Source of the DNA: Massalongia carnosa
Lineage: Eukaryota
DNA length: 64,000 bases
Assembly (NCBI GenBank): GCA_965645245.1
Contig: OZ287069.1
Coordinates: 1,054,001-1,118,000 of the forward strand
Reading direction: 5' to 3'
In this document: piece by piece, positions 12,600-25,734 of the stretch
Position numbering within the stretch: position 1 is the stretch's first letter
Layout of the letters: each line of letters starts with the position of its first letter
The notes under the pieces: generated by a model
Told to the model about the DNA's origin: nothing
Database searches by the model: none
The model's input: only the letters and a program-made list of their open reading frames with translations
Position numbers and translations under genes: made by a program

Positions 12600-14306
12600 C
12601 TACAATATCCCCTCCCGGGACCTGCTCGGCCGGAGCCGAACCCGGCTAGCGGAATCTGGAGGCACGGCTGTGGCCTCGAGTCTTGAATCTAAGAGGGGAA
12701 TTCCATCGATACTTTCCCTCCTCTTCTCCTCCTCCACTCCTTCTTCGAGTACCCTCTGAACCAGCGGCATCGCGCAGCCGCCTTCCACCTCCCCCTCTCC
12801 GATTCCGCTACGGGCCGTCGTCTTGGGCGTCGTCTCCGGACTCAGGGCCATCTCGGGGCTGGGTTGCCACTTGGCCACATCCTTTTTTAGCTGCTCGAGC
12901 TCGTTCTGGAAGCGCTTCCCAAACACGTCAATGTAGTACGTTGCGCCGTTGTAGATGCTCCAGACGAACACTGCGGTCAAGAACCCTGCGCTCAGCCAGC
13001 GGTACCAGAACCAGAGCGGGCAGGGGACCATGGTTCCCAGCGCGTACAGGTATTGTACCAGCATAAAGGCCGGTTCGTGCAGTTTTTCCGGCAGTGACAG
13101 AACCAGACTGCCGATCCAGGACTTCGAGTAGGATTTGCGCAGCCACGTGAAGCTTGTGGGGCGGCCGGCGGCGATTTTTTCGCGGCGCCGGATGGTGATC
13201 AGAAAATAGTAAGAGAGTTGCCAGAGGGCATAGGGGACGGTAGCCCAGATCATCATGGCCCATAAGGAGTAATGCTCGGGGCTTTCGGGGGGGCTGTAGC
13301 GGATGGCATAGATGGCGGGGAAGCGGGCTTTTTGGAAGGCGGGTGAGGTGAGGTGCACGAGACAGTGTAGGGTTACGGGAGGCATAAGGTGGATGAACAG
13401 ACTGAAAGTGTCAGCAGATCGTACTTTGGGTGAGAAGTAGACTTACCTGGTGATTTTATCTAAGGAGTGGAAGACCATGGAGTTCCGCCACATTGCAATA
13501 GCCACTGCGTTGTTGCCATAAGCCAGGCAGTATGTACTGATGAATAGCCTCTTCGATTGCGGCGCGACCCAGATTGACAATAACAGGAGAAGGTTGACAA
13601 AGTAGCAAAGATCGGCCAGGAAGTAATGATATCCTATTCTTTGATATGTATAGTACCTTATCGGCATGAAATAACAGAGCTGTACGGTGAACCAATAATA
13701 AAACAGATCCGGATGAGCCCCGATCAAATATCCACTGATGAAGATATTCAGCACCCCAGCGATGAACGAGAGCTTTTCCCGTGCCGTTACCGCTTTCGTA
13801 TCGTTCCACCTCGTTCCAAGACGATCAACAGACTCCCTCATGCGCTTTCTGTATTTATCCAACTGTTCATCTGGTGGTGGCAAGCGACGTCTCCATTCCT
13901 CCACGACGCGATCTTTCGCGTTCAAGCTTGAGGATTTGAGCTTTTCACGCTGTCGCCGTACTCGTTCCGTCTGCGCCGAAAGTCGAGTCTGCCACTTCTC
14001 TAGCCGTTGCGGTAGAGCAAGGTTATCCAGAAGGTCGAATATGGTTAGGCGATCCAGAGGAGGGAACACTTCCCATTCCTCCTGGTATGTGCTACCGTTG
14101 GTGAAGGATGGACTGCGCGACAGTGCATCTGGAGTAGGAGGTGTAGAAGAGGCATCGGGCGTCTTGATCCCTAGTAGCGGAGAGCCCCCGTTGGTAGAGG
14201 ATGTGGACGATTCGTTCGTAGATACTCGTGCTATCCCAGGCGAGAGGCTATCGCTTGATATAATAGCCTCTGGTCTTGGCTTGAGCCGATTTTCTGGCTC
14301 AGACAT
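12600..14306 (-). CDS. GPC1: Glycerophosphocholine acyltransferase Gpc1 (DUF2838), 2 exons
   Basis: 'GYHYFLADLCYFVN', 'AIAMWRNSMVFHSLDK', 'RPTSFTWL', 'NGATYYIDVFG'; intron about 13402-13446. Start uncertain. Confidence 0.85.
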
Positions 14307-14723
14307 GGTGTGACTGGAAAAATGGTGAGCGACAAGCTGGCAACTGACAAGCTCGGTTTTCTCATCGACCGTGGGAAGTGCCCAAGCGTGCGGCCTGCCA
14401 TGTTTCGCTTTGATTAGCTGCGAAGTGCGCTGGTCCATCATTGAACGTATGGAAGAGAAGAGAACCTAAATTGAAGATACATGCGGAAGACTTACGTTAA
14501 TAACTCGGTACCAACAAGCCCATTTCAAGTGCTGTGCTCCAGTTTCTTTACATGTCGAACTGTGGGGAAGAATGAGCAGATGACTGATTATAGAAACGTG
14601 GTGAAGAAGGAATCTTGGTTGGTCAGAGTTTGGCGACGGCGAGTCGGGGTTTTAACTTGCATCAACGGCAGAGAAATACTTTAATCAGCCGAGGATTAGC
14701 CGATAGTGCATCTTTTTGATCCT

Positions 14724-14740
14724 GGCGCGTCAACGCGACG
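14724..14740. promoter_or_regulatory. Paired MCB-like (ACGCG core) elements upstream of SMC1
   Basis: GGCGCGTCAACGCGACG about 175 bp before the SMC1 ATG; SMC1 is a typical G1/S MBF target in yeasts. Confidence 0.5.
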
Positions 14741-14911
14741 GACTCTTTCTCCTCCACACGCCCTTCACGTCATATCTCAGATATTCCTCGTTGACTGAGA
14801 GGGAATGATGTAAACCTGTGTGATCTTAATTGAAACCTTTTCGATTTTCGATTTAACTACAGTTCTGTCTATTGTAGAGTCAGGCTTCTAAGCTCGGAGT
14901 TTCCATTCGCC

Positions 14912-17900
14912 ATGGGGAAACTTATCCGACTTGAGCTATACAGTAAGAGGCAAGATTTCAACGAGAAGTCAGTCTAAGCGCTGACGAGGTGCTAGACTTC
15001 AAGTCGTACAAGGGCCACCATGTTCTACTTCTCGGGGACTCATACTTCACCTCCATCATTGGCCCTAACGGCTCCGGAAAATCCAACTCGTGAGTAGCTT
15101 GCGCAATTATGCGAATATGTCTAACACCACACAGTATGGATGCTATTTCATTTGTACTTGGAATCAAATCATCTCATTTACGCTCGGCGCATCTCCGAGA
15201 CTTGGTATATCGTGGGCGGGTTCTACGGACCTCCGTCATTAATGGAGACGGGTCGGCGACTAAGAACGTGAATGGGGATCAGAATGAAGATGGCGGGCTC
15301 GATGATGAGACGCTTCGAAATAGCACTCAGGAGCGTAATGATCCGAAGAGCGCCTGGGTTACGGCAGTATATGAGGACGACGCTGGCGATGAGCAGCTTT
15401 GGAAGCGCACAATTACGAACCAAGGAGTGAGCGAATATCGCATAAATGATCGTGTGGTGACGGCGCAACAATACAACGAGGCGCTGGAGGCCGAGAATAT
15501 CCTCATCAAAGCTCGAAACTTTCTCGTCTTTCAGGGGGATGTTGAAGCGATTGCATCCCAGTCCCCTCGCGATCTGACTCGGCTCATTGAACAAATCTCC
15601 GGAAGCCTAGAGTACAAAGCCGAATACGAAAGGTTGAAAGAAGCGCAGGACGAGGCACTGGATAACCAAAGTTACGCTCTAAACCGACGGAGAGGCATCA
15701 ATTCAGAGATCAAGCAATATCAGGAACAGAAGCATGAAGCTGACAACTATGCCAAGAAAGCCCATGAAAGAGACCAGGCTATTGTGACCCACATTCTATG
15801 GAAGCTCTTTCATTTCCAGAGAGTCATAGAAGAATCTGCTGCTGAAATCCAGAAGCATCAGGAAGAGCTGAAGGAGCACCGACGCAGTATCGAGAAATAT
15901 GAGAACAGTCTAGGAGAAGCGAAGAAAGAGCAGACCAAAGCTAGCAGAGATGTCAACAAGGTTGAAAAGACCATCAAGAAGAAGGAAAAGGACATTGAAG
16001 TAAAGGAGAATGCGTTGGTCCCTATCGCTGAGAAGATTGACATTACCGAGAAAAACTTGAAAAAATGCAATGCTCGTATCGCCGAAATCTCCAAGGAACG
16101 CGATAACCATCAGAGCAGCATGAAGCATTCCACCAAAGATCTCAAAGTTGTAGAAAAAGCTCAGGTGCAGTGGGAGACTGAGTGGAGAAAGCTCGCTGAA
16201 CAGGAAGGGCGTGACCTGAGCGAAGCAGATGTACAGCACTACAACAAGCTCAAGGAAGAAGTGAACAAGCGCACGTCGGCTGATCAGATCAAAGTCAACA
16301 ATCTAGCCCGCCAGCAAAGGGCAGATGAGGAAACAGTCAACAGCCTCAAGAGCAAAGTGGACTCGGCAGAATGGCAAATCGAGAAACTGAAGACTGAACT
16401 TGCTGAGATCGGCGAACGTAAGAACGTGATCAACACGCAAATCAAACAAACCTCAAAAGAAATCAATATCAATAAAAAGGCTTTTAATGAACACACATCT
16501 GAACGGCTTCGTCTTGCGCAAATAAGGACTGAGAAGGACGAACAACTTCAAGAGGTTCTAACTAAGCTTTTGGAAGCTGAGGATGGCCGGAAACAGAATG
16601 AGAAAGACGTCCGGCTGAAGGCCACTATCGCAGACATGAAACGTATATTCCCAGGTGTGAGGGGCCGAGTCAGCGAGCTGTGTAAACCCATTGAGAAGAG
16701 ATTCGGAGTCGCTGTAAGTACGATCCTCGGTCGAAACTTTGACGCTGTGATTGTCGAGAATGAGAAGACGGCGATAGATTGCATCCAGTACTTGCGAGAT
16801 CAGCGCCGAGGTCAGGCAACGTTTATCCCCCTGGACACGATACAATGGACCGCGATGAACTCGAACCTCAAAGGCACTCATCGTGGGAGTCGAATGGCAA
16901 TCGACTCTATCACGTATGACCGCTCTCTGGAGCGCGCTGTTTCGTATGTTTGTGGAAACGCTATAATTTGCGATGACTTGGCGATTGCCAAGCATATTTG
17001 CTGGGAGAAGCACAACGATGTTAAGGCAGTTACCTTGGATGGCTCAATAATCCATAAAGGTGGCAATATGACCGGTGGTCAAGGCAGTAAGGGTGATGCC
17101 AGACGATGGGAGGACACAGAGGTGGAGAATCTTCGAAAGCTGAAGGAGAAACTGATTTCAGATTTATCAGCGCTTCCGGAAGCCCGTCGTGGTGCATCTG
17201 AGGAGGAGATCCTTCAAGGCGAACTGACTGGATTGGAGCAAAAGCTTGCATATGCTACAGAAGAACGAAAAGCGCTCGAACGAAATGAGTCAAGCAAGCA
17301 AAAAGAGCTCACCCACGCGCAGCAGGAGTTGGCCGGCGCAAAGCCTAAATATAATCAGAAGAAAAGGGAGCTAGAAGATCTGGAGGCCAATCTAAAAGAA
17401 AACCGAGACGCTGTCAGCGAGATTGAGGATGAGATTTTCGCCGACTTTTGTCAACGCTTCAGCTACGACAATATTCGCGTGTACGAAGCACAGCAGGGCT
17501 CCCTCCAACAAGAAGGCGCACAGAAGAAGCTGGAGTTCAGCACTCAGAAAAGCCGGCTGGAAAGTAGGATTAGCTACGAGCAGCAGCAACTACAAGAGAC
17601 GAACAATCGAATTCAAGTTTTAGAGAATCGTGCTCATCAGGACCAGTCTCTTATCACCCAGCTTAAAGCTGAGCAGGAAGCGATGCAGAACGAGCTTGAT
17701 GCTCTAGGCTCTGAACTTGGGCAGCTTTCCGAAGAGCTTGAGCAACAAAAGGCCAAATACGCAAAAAAATCCGAGAAAGTTGCTGAGCAACGACGCGAGG
17801 TCCAGAAACGAAGCAAGAACGTTGATGGTACACTTAAAGCCGTAGCCGCTCTAGAGGCCGAGAGACAACTCAACGCTGCGAGCAGATATACGCTTTTGAG

Positions 17901-19000
17901 ACGTTGCAAGCTGGAGGATATTAATTTACCGTTGGAAGAAGAATCTACACCGCTGGACCAGCTTCCCATCGACGATATACTGCAAGCCGATCCAGATGCG
18001 ATGGATGTAGACGAAGATCCCGACGTAACCAGCTTCCAGCCCTCGAATATTCAAGATTACGGGATAGAAGTCGATTTTGACGATCTCGACGAAGATTTGA
18101 GAGAGGTAAGAACCTACATGCCCGAAAAAGAGCAAAGACTGACATCTGGTACAGAGCAACAGTAGCAAGCTAGACGATGAGCTGCAAGAAAAAATAAAAG
18201 TCCTCAACAACGAGCTAGACCACATGGCGCCGAATATGCGCGCGATCGAGCGGCTGGAAGTGGTCCAAGACCGGCTCAAGACCACGGACAAGGAATTCGA
18301 AGACGCGCGCAAACGCGCCAAGCGAGCCAAGGACGAATTCCAAGAAGTCAAGGAGCAGCGGTTCGAGCTTTTCAGCAAAGCCTTCTCCCACATCTCGGAG
18401 CAGATTGGGCCCATCTATCGCGACCTGACCCGGAGCGACCGGTTGCCCATGGGTGGCCAAGCGTAAGCCCATCCATATATGCAGCGAACGCGGAAAACAC
18501 GAAGTAAAATCCTCGCTAACCGAAAGTTCAATTTAGCTATCTCGACATGGAAGACGGCGACGAGCCGTACCTCGATGGCATCAAATACCACGCCATGCCC
18601 CCCCTCAAGCGCTTCCGCGACATGGAGCACCTCTCCGGCGGCGAAAAGACCATGGCCGCGCTCGCCCTCCTCTTCGCCGTGCACAGCTACCAGCCCTCGC
18701 CCTTCTTCGTGCTAGACGAGGTCGACGCCGCGCTCGACAACGCCAACGTGGCCAAGATCGCCAAATACATCCGCGACCACGCGGGGCCGGGCATGCAGTT
18801 TATTGTCATCAGCTTGAAGACAGGCCTGTTCCAGGGGAGTGAGGCCTTGGTTGGGATTTATCGGGATCAGGGCGCGAACAGCAGCCGCGCGTTAACGCTG
18901 GATGTAAGTTTTTTTCTTCTTTCTTTTCGCCTGATCATGCTTCGTCACCCTGGGAGCTTAACTAATTGTGTTTTGGTTGCAGTTGCGCAAGTATCAGTAA
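14912..19000 (+). CDS. SMC1: Cohesin subunit Smc1, multi-exon
   Basis: 'MGKLIRLEL.NFKSY'; Walker A 'GPNGSGKSNSMDAISFVLG'; 'NFLVFQGDVE'; hinge 'GQATFIPLD'; signature and Walker B 'LSGGEKT...FFVLDEVDAALD'; last exon LRKYQ* ends at 19000. Confidence 0.96.
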
Positions 19001-19004
19001 AAAA

Positions 19005-19900
19005 GGATGGATGGATGGATGGATGAGTGGATGAATGCCAAGATACCCCTTTCCCTTCCCCAGCCTATGTATCTATCATTCGTTTGGTTTCTTTTTCCTT
19101 CCCCGTCCTCCCCAAATCATCTCCCCATCCCCCCATCATACCTCCATTCAATCTACCCTACCTCCCCCCCCCTTCTCAATCTAGCGTTAATCTCAAACCA
19201 AGATAAAACGATCAATCTCTTCTGTAGGCAAATTCCATCTGTTGCGTCTTCCGAACAAACATATGGATGATTACCTTTGGAGGTTGGGTAGATACATAGT
19301 TAGCTAGGTTGTTGAAGCAGTCTATGCGGGTTGCGTTGCTTATCTATATTACCTATATTACTTTTGTAGGTATGCTTATATTACTTACATTCCTACGCTT
19401 TTACTCTTACTCTTACCTACATCCCTCCCTATCTATCTCCCTACCTACCCACCCACCAACCAACCTATCACATCTAACCCAATAGCTATGCAAATCCATC
19501 CACAACCACCAACCAACCAAAATCTCAAGAGAATACCCCCCCCCCCCCCAAAACACCCTACCTACCTACCAACACCAGAACACCTACATAAGAGAAAACG
19601 TATGCATGCATGTCGGGTATATATGTGTGCGTACATACACTAGCAACAAGTTTAGAACCCCAATCCGGGGGGAGGTAAGCCTGCTGGTAGGGGTATGTTA
19701 TGTTATGTTGTGGTATAATATGATGCGGCGTGGTGCGGCGTGAGGGGAAAGGCTGGGCTGGGGATGGGGGAGACGTTATGGATGTGGATGGTATGGTAAG
19801 GTCATAGTGGTTTTCTGGTGGGTGGGTTGAGTTGGGGTTGAGTTGACTGATTGATTGATTGATTGGTGCATGCACGTATGCCGAATTGGTTAGTTAGGTT
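19005..19900. repeat. Low-complexity intergenic tract ((GGAT)n, CTAC/CCAA repeats, poly-C)
   Basis: GGATGGATGGAT at about 19005; CTACCTACC runs; C-run at about 19536-19548; (GATT)n at about 19849-19864. Confidence 0.7.
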
Positions 19901-20458
19901 AGTTAGCCTACTTCTTCTTCAAACCTCACCAGCTACAAACTACATCCTCACCTCCCCACCTCCCCGCATAACGTGCTTAGCTAAGTTATTCCAAAGACCT
20001 CATTCCGTCCAGCAAACCGGGGAAGAATATATGGAAACGAAAAGGTGAGCCAATATCACGGTTGGGGATTTTCAAGTCACAATCGGTGGGCATATAGAAG
20101 AGACAGGGTGGCTTTTCGTCCCGGACCAAATTTAATACTATCTTGTACTATGTGCAGGGGGGGTTGGAGGCCTTGCTTCCATCTCAAACGACAACATGAC
20201 ATCAAAACCCCTTCTGTAGGAGCTCTTGGGAATCCTTAGAGTCGCCTACACGAACATGTCCGTTCCGCTGAGCTGGAAAGAAATAAAATGGACCTTCGTG
20301 GTCCATATCACAGTGCTACGCACCATCGAGAAACTACCGTCGTAAAAGAAAACGTTAGTCTGGGTACATTGTAGATTGTGTATAAGCTTGCCACCTACCT
20401 AGTGAGAAGGTTTACTAGCAAGCCACCTACACGCCAAAGGACAAAGCCAATTTTCCGA

Positions 20459-21387
20459 TTACCAGTCATCAGGGATTTCCTCTTTGTATTTATCGTTGAT
20501 TGTCAGCTCGGGCCGAAGTTCTGGATCAAGATTCAATGGAGACTTTTTTTCCTCAGGCATAACCGCCAGGCGCCTCATGATCTCAACGACAACTTCGCCG
20601 CCATTGTGAAAAAGCTCCTCCCAAGTCGTGGGTTCCCCCTCATCATACCGTAGGGTCGTCCGATAGATATTGTCCAGCGGCATTCTCCCCTTGCGGATGT
20701 TGATAGCAAGAACATCTGCAAGCATGACGTTCAGCTTGCTCTTGGCACTGCAGTTCTTAAATGCATAGTCAACGTCTCCAGGAGTGAGACGGATTGGATA
20801 GTAGCTAGTCTGGTTGAGGACGCCCATGACTGCATTCTTGAAGTGAGCAGAATGTATCATTTCCCCAAAACAGTAGGCTTTTAAGAGCAAGCGAGGTCGA
20901 TCGGCTTTATCGTGCAAGATGAGCGGATTGAAGGAGTGGCATTCTATAAGCCACTCAATAAACACAGCCATGACGCTAGCTTCGATATCTTTAAAGTGGA
21001 AACGCCCGGTAATTGATTCAATAAAAGTGCCCTCCGCAAGAGAGGCTTTGAAATAGGGAGAGAATCGTAGGAGATCCTCACGGTCCACGCGCCATGATAT
21101 AATGTTAGGTGCGATTCCTGCGTCGATACGAACGGTAGGCCTTAAGCTGATATGTGGAAACATATACTTTAACGCTTTTCGTACAATGCCACGATGGCGG
21201 AGGTCGGGAGAACTGACCATTCATTAGCACTAAAACGCCTCAAGGGTCCCTCATAGGCGATCTCGCGGCGGCCCAGGCTTCAGCGCATCAGCGACGCTAA
21301 GGAGCAGTAGGCACATATTGACACATACCTAATCGTGTCCAGCGGTACAGTCCCGTTAAAGATTTGGCTCGCACGACGGAAAGCCAT
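20459..21387 (-). CDS. BTB/POZ domain protein
   Basis: 'WRVDREDLLRFSPYFKASL..GTFIES', 'FIEWL', 'LLKAYCFGE...FKNAVM'; probable first exon MAFRRASQIF... from 21387 with a GTATGT donor. Confidence 0.75.
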
Positions 21388-21640
21388 GTTGGACTTGTTC
21401 AAATCGCTGGGTTGTTGAATATTGAAAGCTCGGCTCAATGCCTAGACGATTTGAAATATGATTGCCAAAAGTCTACTCCGATGATGAACACAGTGGATGA
21501 TTGCCAGTGTTATCATTTTCTTCGCGATCAACCGTGTCGACATCCATCCCGGAATTAGGAGATAATAGTGAAAAGGAGAAAAGAAAGTGCGATAGGGCGG
21601 TCAAAGGGTGCTAAAGGAGGAAAGAATTCGCGGTAGGCGT

Positions 21641-22600
21641 TCATAGAGTGTTCTTTATCAATCTATCAATTGCCTTTCCACCATCCAATGCCCAGGCGGC
21701 ATTTTGATTCAGTTTCCATACCCCGTTTCTCCCTTTTACTCTTAGGTAGACAGACTGCTCAGCGCTCAACATGGTCCTTAGGGCCCGAAATAATCTCCAT
21801 GTAAAGTATCCAGCTTCTCTGAACGGGAATGTCATGATTCTGGTCTTTTTCGATTCATGCAGTTTATCCAGGCGGCGGCGCGCTTCGATACTCTCAGCTA
21901 CAGATAGTTTCTCAATCCGTTCGAACAAAGGGGATGATATTTTCACATCACCCGACGGCACCACGATCGAAGCTGGTGGTCTGCCTGGCAAAGTTGGTTG
22001 AGCATCCACACGCAGCATCAGTTCGCGCGTCCCAGATTTTGCCGGCGATGGAAGTGCAGTGATGGATCGCACAACACGGAATGGCTTCACAAATCGTTAA
22101 CACTCAACCTTGCTCAGCCTGTTGGGACATCGACTCACTCTGCGGATGAAATAGACCCCAACAAATACCATGAAAATGCACACACCACCGATGACAACGG
22201 GTATTGTAGCCCCGATTCCTTCCGGCGGATACAGATACTGAGTGTAGAAATTTATGCCGGCCCATGCAAAACAAAAAACACCGAGCCCATAGTAACCAAT
22301 CGTGTATGAGAGATGAGACGATGCTTGAAATAAGAGGGTCGGGGACTGACGAAGCGCTAGCGTTTCTGCGAACGGTCTATATGAAGGAACTTTTACGGTC
22401 ACTTGAGGGAGAGTCGGTGCCGGCTTGGACGTCACACTTGGATTCTTTGAGGAGGGCCGTAACTTCTTCTTACCGGCAGAGCGAGCACAGGAAGTGGAGA
22501 ACATGCATCGCGGTCGAGGCTGACTTAACTCGGCGAATTGGGGATAAATACGTTGAAACAATCGATTGGAGCGGAAATTTGACCACAACATACTTCCCAT
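21641..22600 (-). CDS. Hypothetical protein, probably mitochondrial membrane (2 TM), 2 exons
   Basis: Presequence-like N-terminus, two hydrophobic segments, GTGAGT donor near 22139 joining the ORF at 21641-22090. Confidence 0.6.
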
Positions 22601-22913
22601 CTCAATCGCTATAGAGGTTGAGTTATACCAAGTTTAGGGAGGGCATCAAGCAAAACTTAAGCTATATTGAGAGAAGAAAATGCGCAGTTGAATCCAAAGA
22701 GAATAATTGGAAAAAAGAATGTCGTCGTCGGATATTGATTTCGCCGGCGCTAATCCCTTTCTATCAATCCATGCTCGAAGCTAGCTCAATTGGAATTCTG
22801 GGCATTAAGTACCAAAGGGGATTTGCTCCAATGTGGCAGTCACTGACGGATATAACTAGGGGTGAAAGCTGTTCGTGAGTATTCAATTTTTCCAGTCCTT
22901 GTCCCTTTCGCTA

Positions 22914-22947
22914 GCACGCTGGCACGCTGGCACGCTGGCACGCTGGC
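22914..22947 (+). repeat. Tandem 8-mer (GCACGCTG)x4
   Basis: Read directly from the sequence. Confidence 0.85.
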
Positions 22948-23078
22948 TCAAGGGCACCACCTCACCAACAATTGCCGGAAATCTACTATGTATCCTAGTA
23001 TGCATGTTGGAGGTATTGCCTTCAAGCCAGTGAAAGGGATATACAGAGTACACAGTTTCGCACAGTAATGCCCCCCGA

Positions 23079-23966
23079 TCACAAAACCAGCCTCCCTGGC
23101 TCTATCTGCAAAGTAGTCTTTACCCTTTCCAAGAACACCCTTGCCCGCTTCTCCTCCCCAGCTGGCACACTAACACGAAGTAAATTTACGTCGCCTCTCG
23201 CCTCAGCCCCGGCCAAGATCCCCAGCGATGAAGCCTGGGCGCTTCCAGGTATCGATGGTGTACGCCGCGTGGTAAGGATGTCAATAATATCCTCGTCTCT
23301 TTCTACAGAAGATTTGGGCGGCAGTGCCACTATCTGCGGCGTGAAGCTCCCCCTCGCAGTTTTTGGGACGCTGTCAAGGCCGAGGATTTGGTCGAAGAGC
23401 TGATCAGGCGTGGGCTGGAGAGTTGGGGGGTAGGGGAGATCTCCGTTTGCGAGCTCGGAGGCGCGGCTTATGAAGGTCGAAAGGGGAAGCGTGATTCCTA
23501 GCGAGGTTTGAATGCGTTTCTGCACGTCGAGTACTGCGCGTAAGGAAATTGGGATGGTAGCTTCGGTGGGCGGTTCTGGCGCTCGTGCGGCAGCTTTTTG
23601 TGCGTCTTTTGGAGCCGAGGAAGGAGCAGGAGATGGAGTTGCGACTTTGATATTACTTAGGTCCAGATGCCCTAGTTGCTGAATGCGGGCGGATTGCTCC
23701 GCGGAGTAAGAACTCGGAATAGTGCCTAGGTAGGCTAACACATCGCCTTTTAGCAAGCGCCCATTGGGCCCTGTCGCGCGTATTTTCGAGGCTATGGCGG
23801 GTGGGATGTCATGAGTTTTGAGGAGGGCGGCGACAGAGGGGTAGAGGGGGTAATAGGTTTTTCTTTCGGAGAGCAGGGCGGAGCGGGTGAAGGCGCGGGT
23901 GTGAGGGGTGATTGGTAGGGCTGAGAGGTTGAATAATCGTTTTGAAGGAGAAGTAAAGGGTGCCAT
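23079..23966 (-). CDS. PDX1: Pyruvate dehydrogenase E3-binding protein (protein X) lacking a lipoyl domain
   Basis: E3-binding (PSBD) motif 'YPLYPSVAALL...IRATGPNGRLLKGDVLAYLG'; fungal E3BP C-terminal 'QKRIQTSLGITLPLSTFISRA', 'LFDQILG', 'DIIDIL', 'RARVFLERVK..L..EPGRLVL'. Confidence 0.85.
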   Translation of the reverse strand: MAPFTSPSKRLFNLSALPITPHTRAFTRSALLSERKTYYPLYPSVAALLKTHDIPPAIASKIRATGPNGRLLKGDVLAYLGTIPSSYSAEQSARIQQLGHLDLSNIKVATPSPAPSSAPKDAQKAAARAPEPPTEATIPISLRAVLDVQKRIQTSLGITLPLSTFISRASELANGDLPYPPTLQPTPDQLFDQILGLDSVPKTARGSFTPQIVALPPKSSVERDEDIIDILTTRRTPSIPGSAQASSLGILAGAEARGDVNLLRVSVPAGEEKRARVFLERVKTTLQIEPGRLVL

Positions 23967-24132
23967 TTGTGCGATGGGCGATTGAGTCGAGAGGCGGGGG
24001 TTATGGAGAATGAAGAATCAACCAATGCGTTTGTAGGTGGAAGAAAGGTAGAAGTGGGAGAGTAATATACTTCTCACGTGATACATATGAAGAGGAAAAA
24101 CCTCCAACAAAAGTAAAGGAAAAGTTTACTCC

Positions 24133-25468
24133 ATGCCGAGCCACAGCGTTGCTGTTGCTCTCCCGCCAAAAATCGCCGCCGATATGCCTCCTCCGCCTAA
24201 GTATCTCACAGGCGATAAAGAGGGCATCAAAGAATTCATTGATAAGTTCGATGTGAGTGTACAAGAAACGGCTCCTGCAATATACATACACATGGGGATA
24301 TAATCGGTTTCCAAACAACTATATACTTAAAATTTCCAAATTCCTTCGTTTCATCGAACCAGAGTATTTGCCAAACTAACCGATATCCTAGGTCTTCCTC
24401 TTCGACTGTGATGGTGAGCCCTCTTCCCCCCATCCACAAGAAATGCAATCAGCTATCCCCTATTCCTCAAGCCTGGAAGCACACAGAAGCTGATGAGACG
24501 AGGAGAAGCATAGGCGTGCTATGGTCCGGCGACCAACTATTTGAAGGCACCGTCGAAACCCTTGACCTTCTCCGCAGCAAAGGTTTGGCCGCTCAACCCC
24601 CCCCTTCCCCGAAGAAATTCTAAACCTCTCTCCCCAAAAGGAAAACAAATTGTCTTTGTCACAAACAACAGCACCAAATCGCGGGCCGACTACAAGAAGA
24701 AACTCTCCAGCATGGGCATCCCCGCCGAAGTTGTGCGTACCCCTTTGTTCCCATTCTCTTCTCTCCCCAATAACCAGCCATCCCCCCCCCAAGGATGAAG
24801 TCTTCGGCTCCGCGTACAGCGCGGCGATCTACATCTCGCGCATCCTCTCACTTCCGTCTGAAAAGAAGACTGTCTTTGTCCTGGGCGAAGCCGGCATAGA
24901 AGCCGAGCTGGACGCCGAATTCGTCTCCCACATCGGCGGCACGGACCCGGCTCTCAACCGCACCATCACGCCCGCCGACTACGTCTCCATCGCGGACGGC
25001 ACGGCGCTGGATCCAACCGTGGGTGTCGTGCTCGCGGGACTGGACTTCCATCTGGGCTACCTCAAGCTGGCGCTGGCGTACCATTATATCCGGCGGGGCG
25101 CCATTTTCCTTGCCACGAACGGCGACGTGACACTGCCGAGCGCTGGGGCCCTGTTTCCCGGTGCGGGAGCGGTGGCAGCGCCGCTGGTGGCGATGCTGGG
25201 AGGCGGGGAGGCCGGGAAGCCGTTATCGTTGGGGAAGCCGAGCGGCGCGATGATGGATGCGATCGAGGGGAAGTTTCGATTCGAGCGGGAGAGGACGTGC
25301 ATGGTGGGTGACCGGCTGGATACTGATATGCGATTTGGAGTCGAGGGCGGGTTGGGGGGGACGTTGGCTGTGCTGACGGGGGTGAGCACAAGGGAGGAGT
25401 GGGAGGTGGAGGGGGTGGAGGTAGTGCCGATGGCTTATGTGGATCGGTTGGGCGATTTAAGGGGCTGA
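24133..25468 (+). CDS. PHO13: HAD-IIA 4-nitrophenylphosphatase, multi-exon
   Basis: Spliced 'FIDKFD|VFLFDCD|GVLWSG'; 'VFVTNNSTKSR'; 'GKPS'; 'MVGDRLDTD'; 'VLTGV'. Alternative in-frame start at 24184. Confidence 0.9.
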
Positions 25469-25734
25469 AGGGGTGCGCTGTACCTTGCTTGGGGTGGAGA
25501 GAAGTGGGTGCTCGGGTTTGCCGTTTGCGTCCTGGGCAGATCTGCAAACTTCTGATAGTAGACTTGTGTGCTCAGATGACTTGATATGGTATGAATAGAC
25601 AAATCTATGCCTACCTAATCCACGCACGAGGATCCTCTTGAGTCTTCCGCGAACCATGGCATCTAGACCGAACATTATAACACTTCCCAACCAGTGCTGC
25701 ACACATTCTCGTCCAGCTCTACCAGCACCCATTA

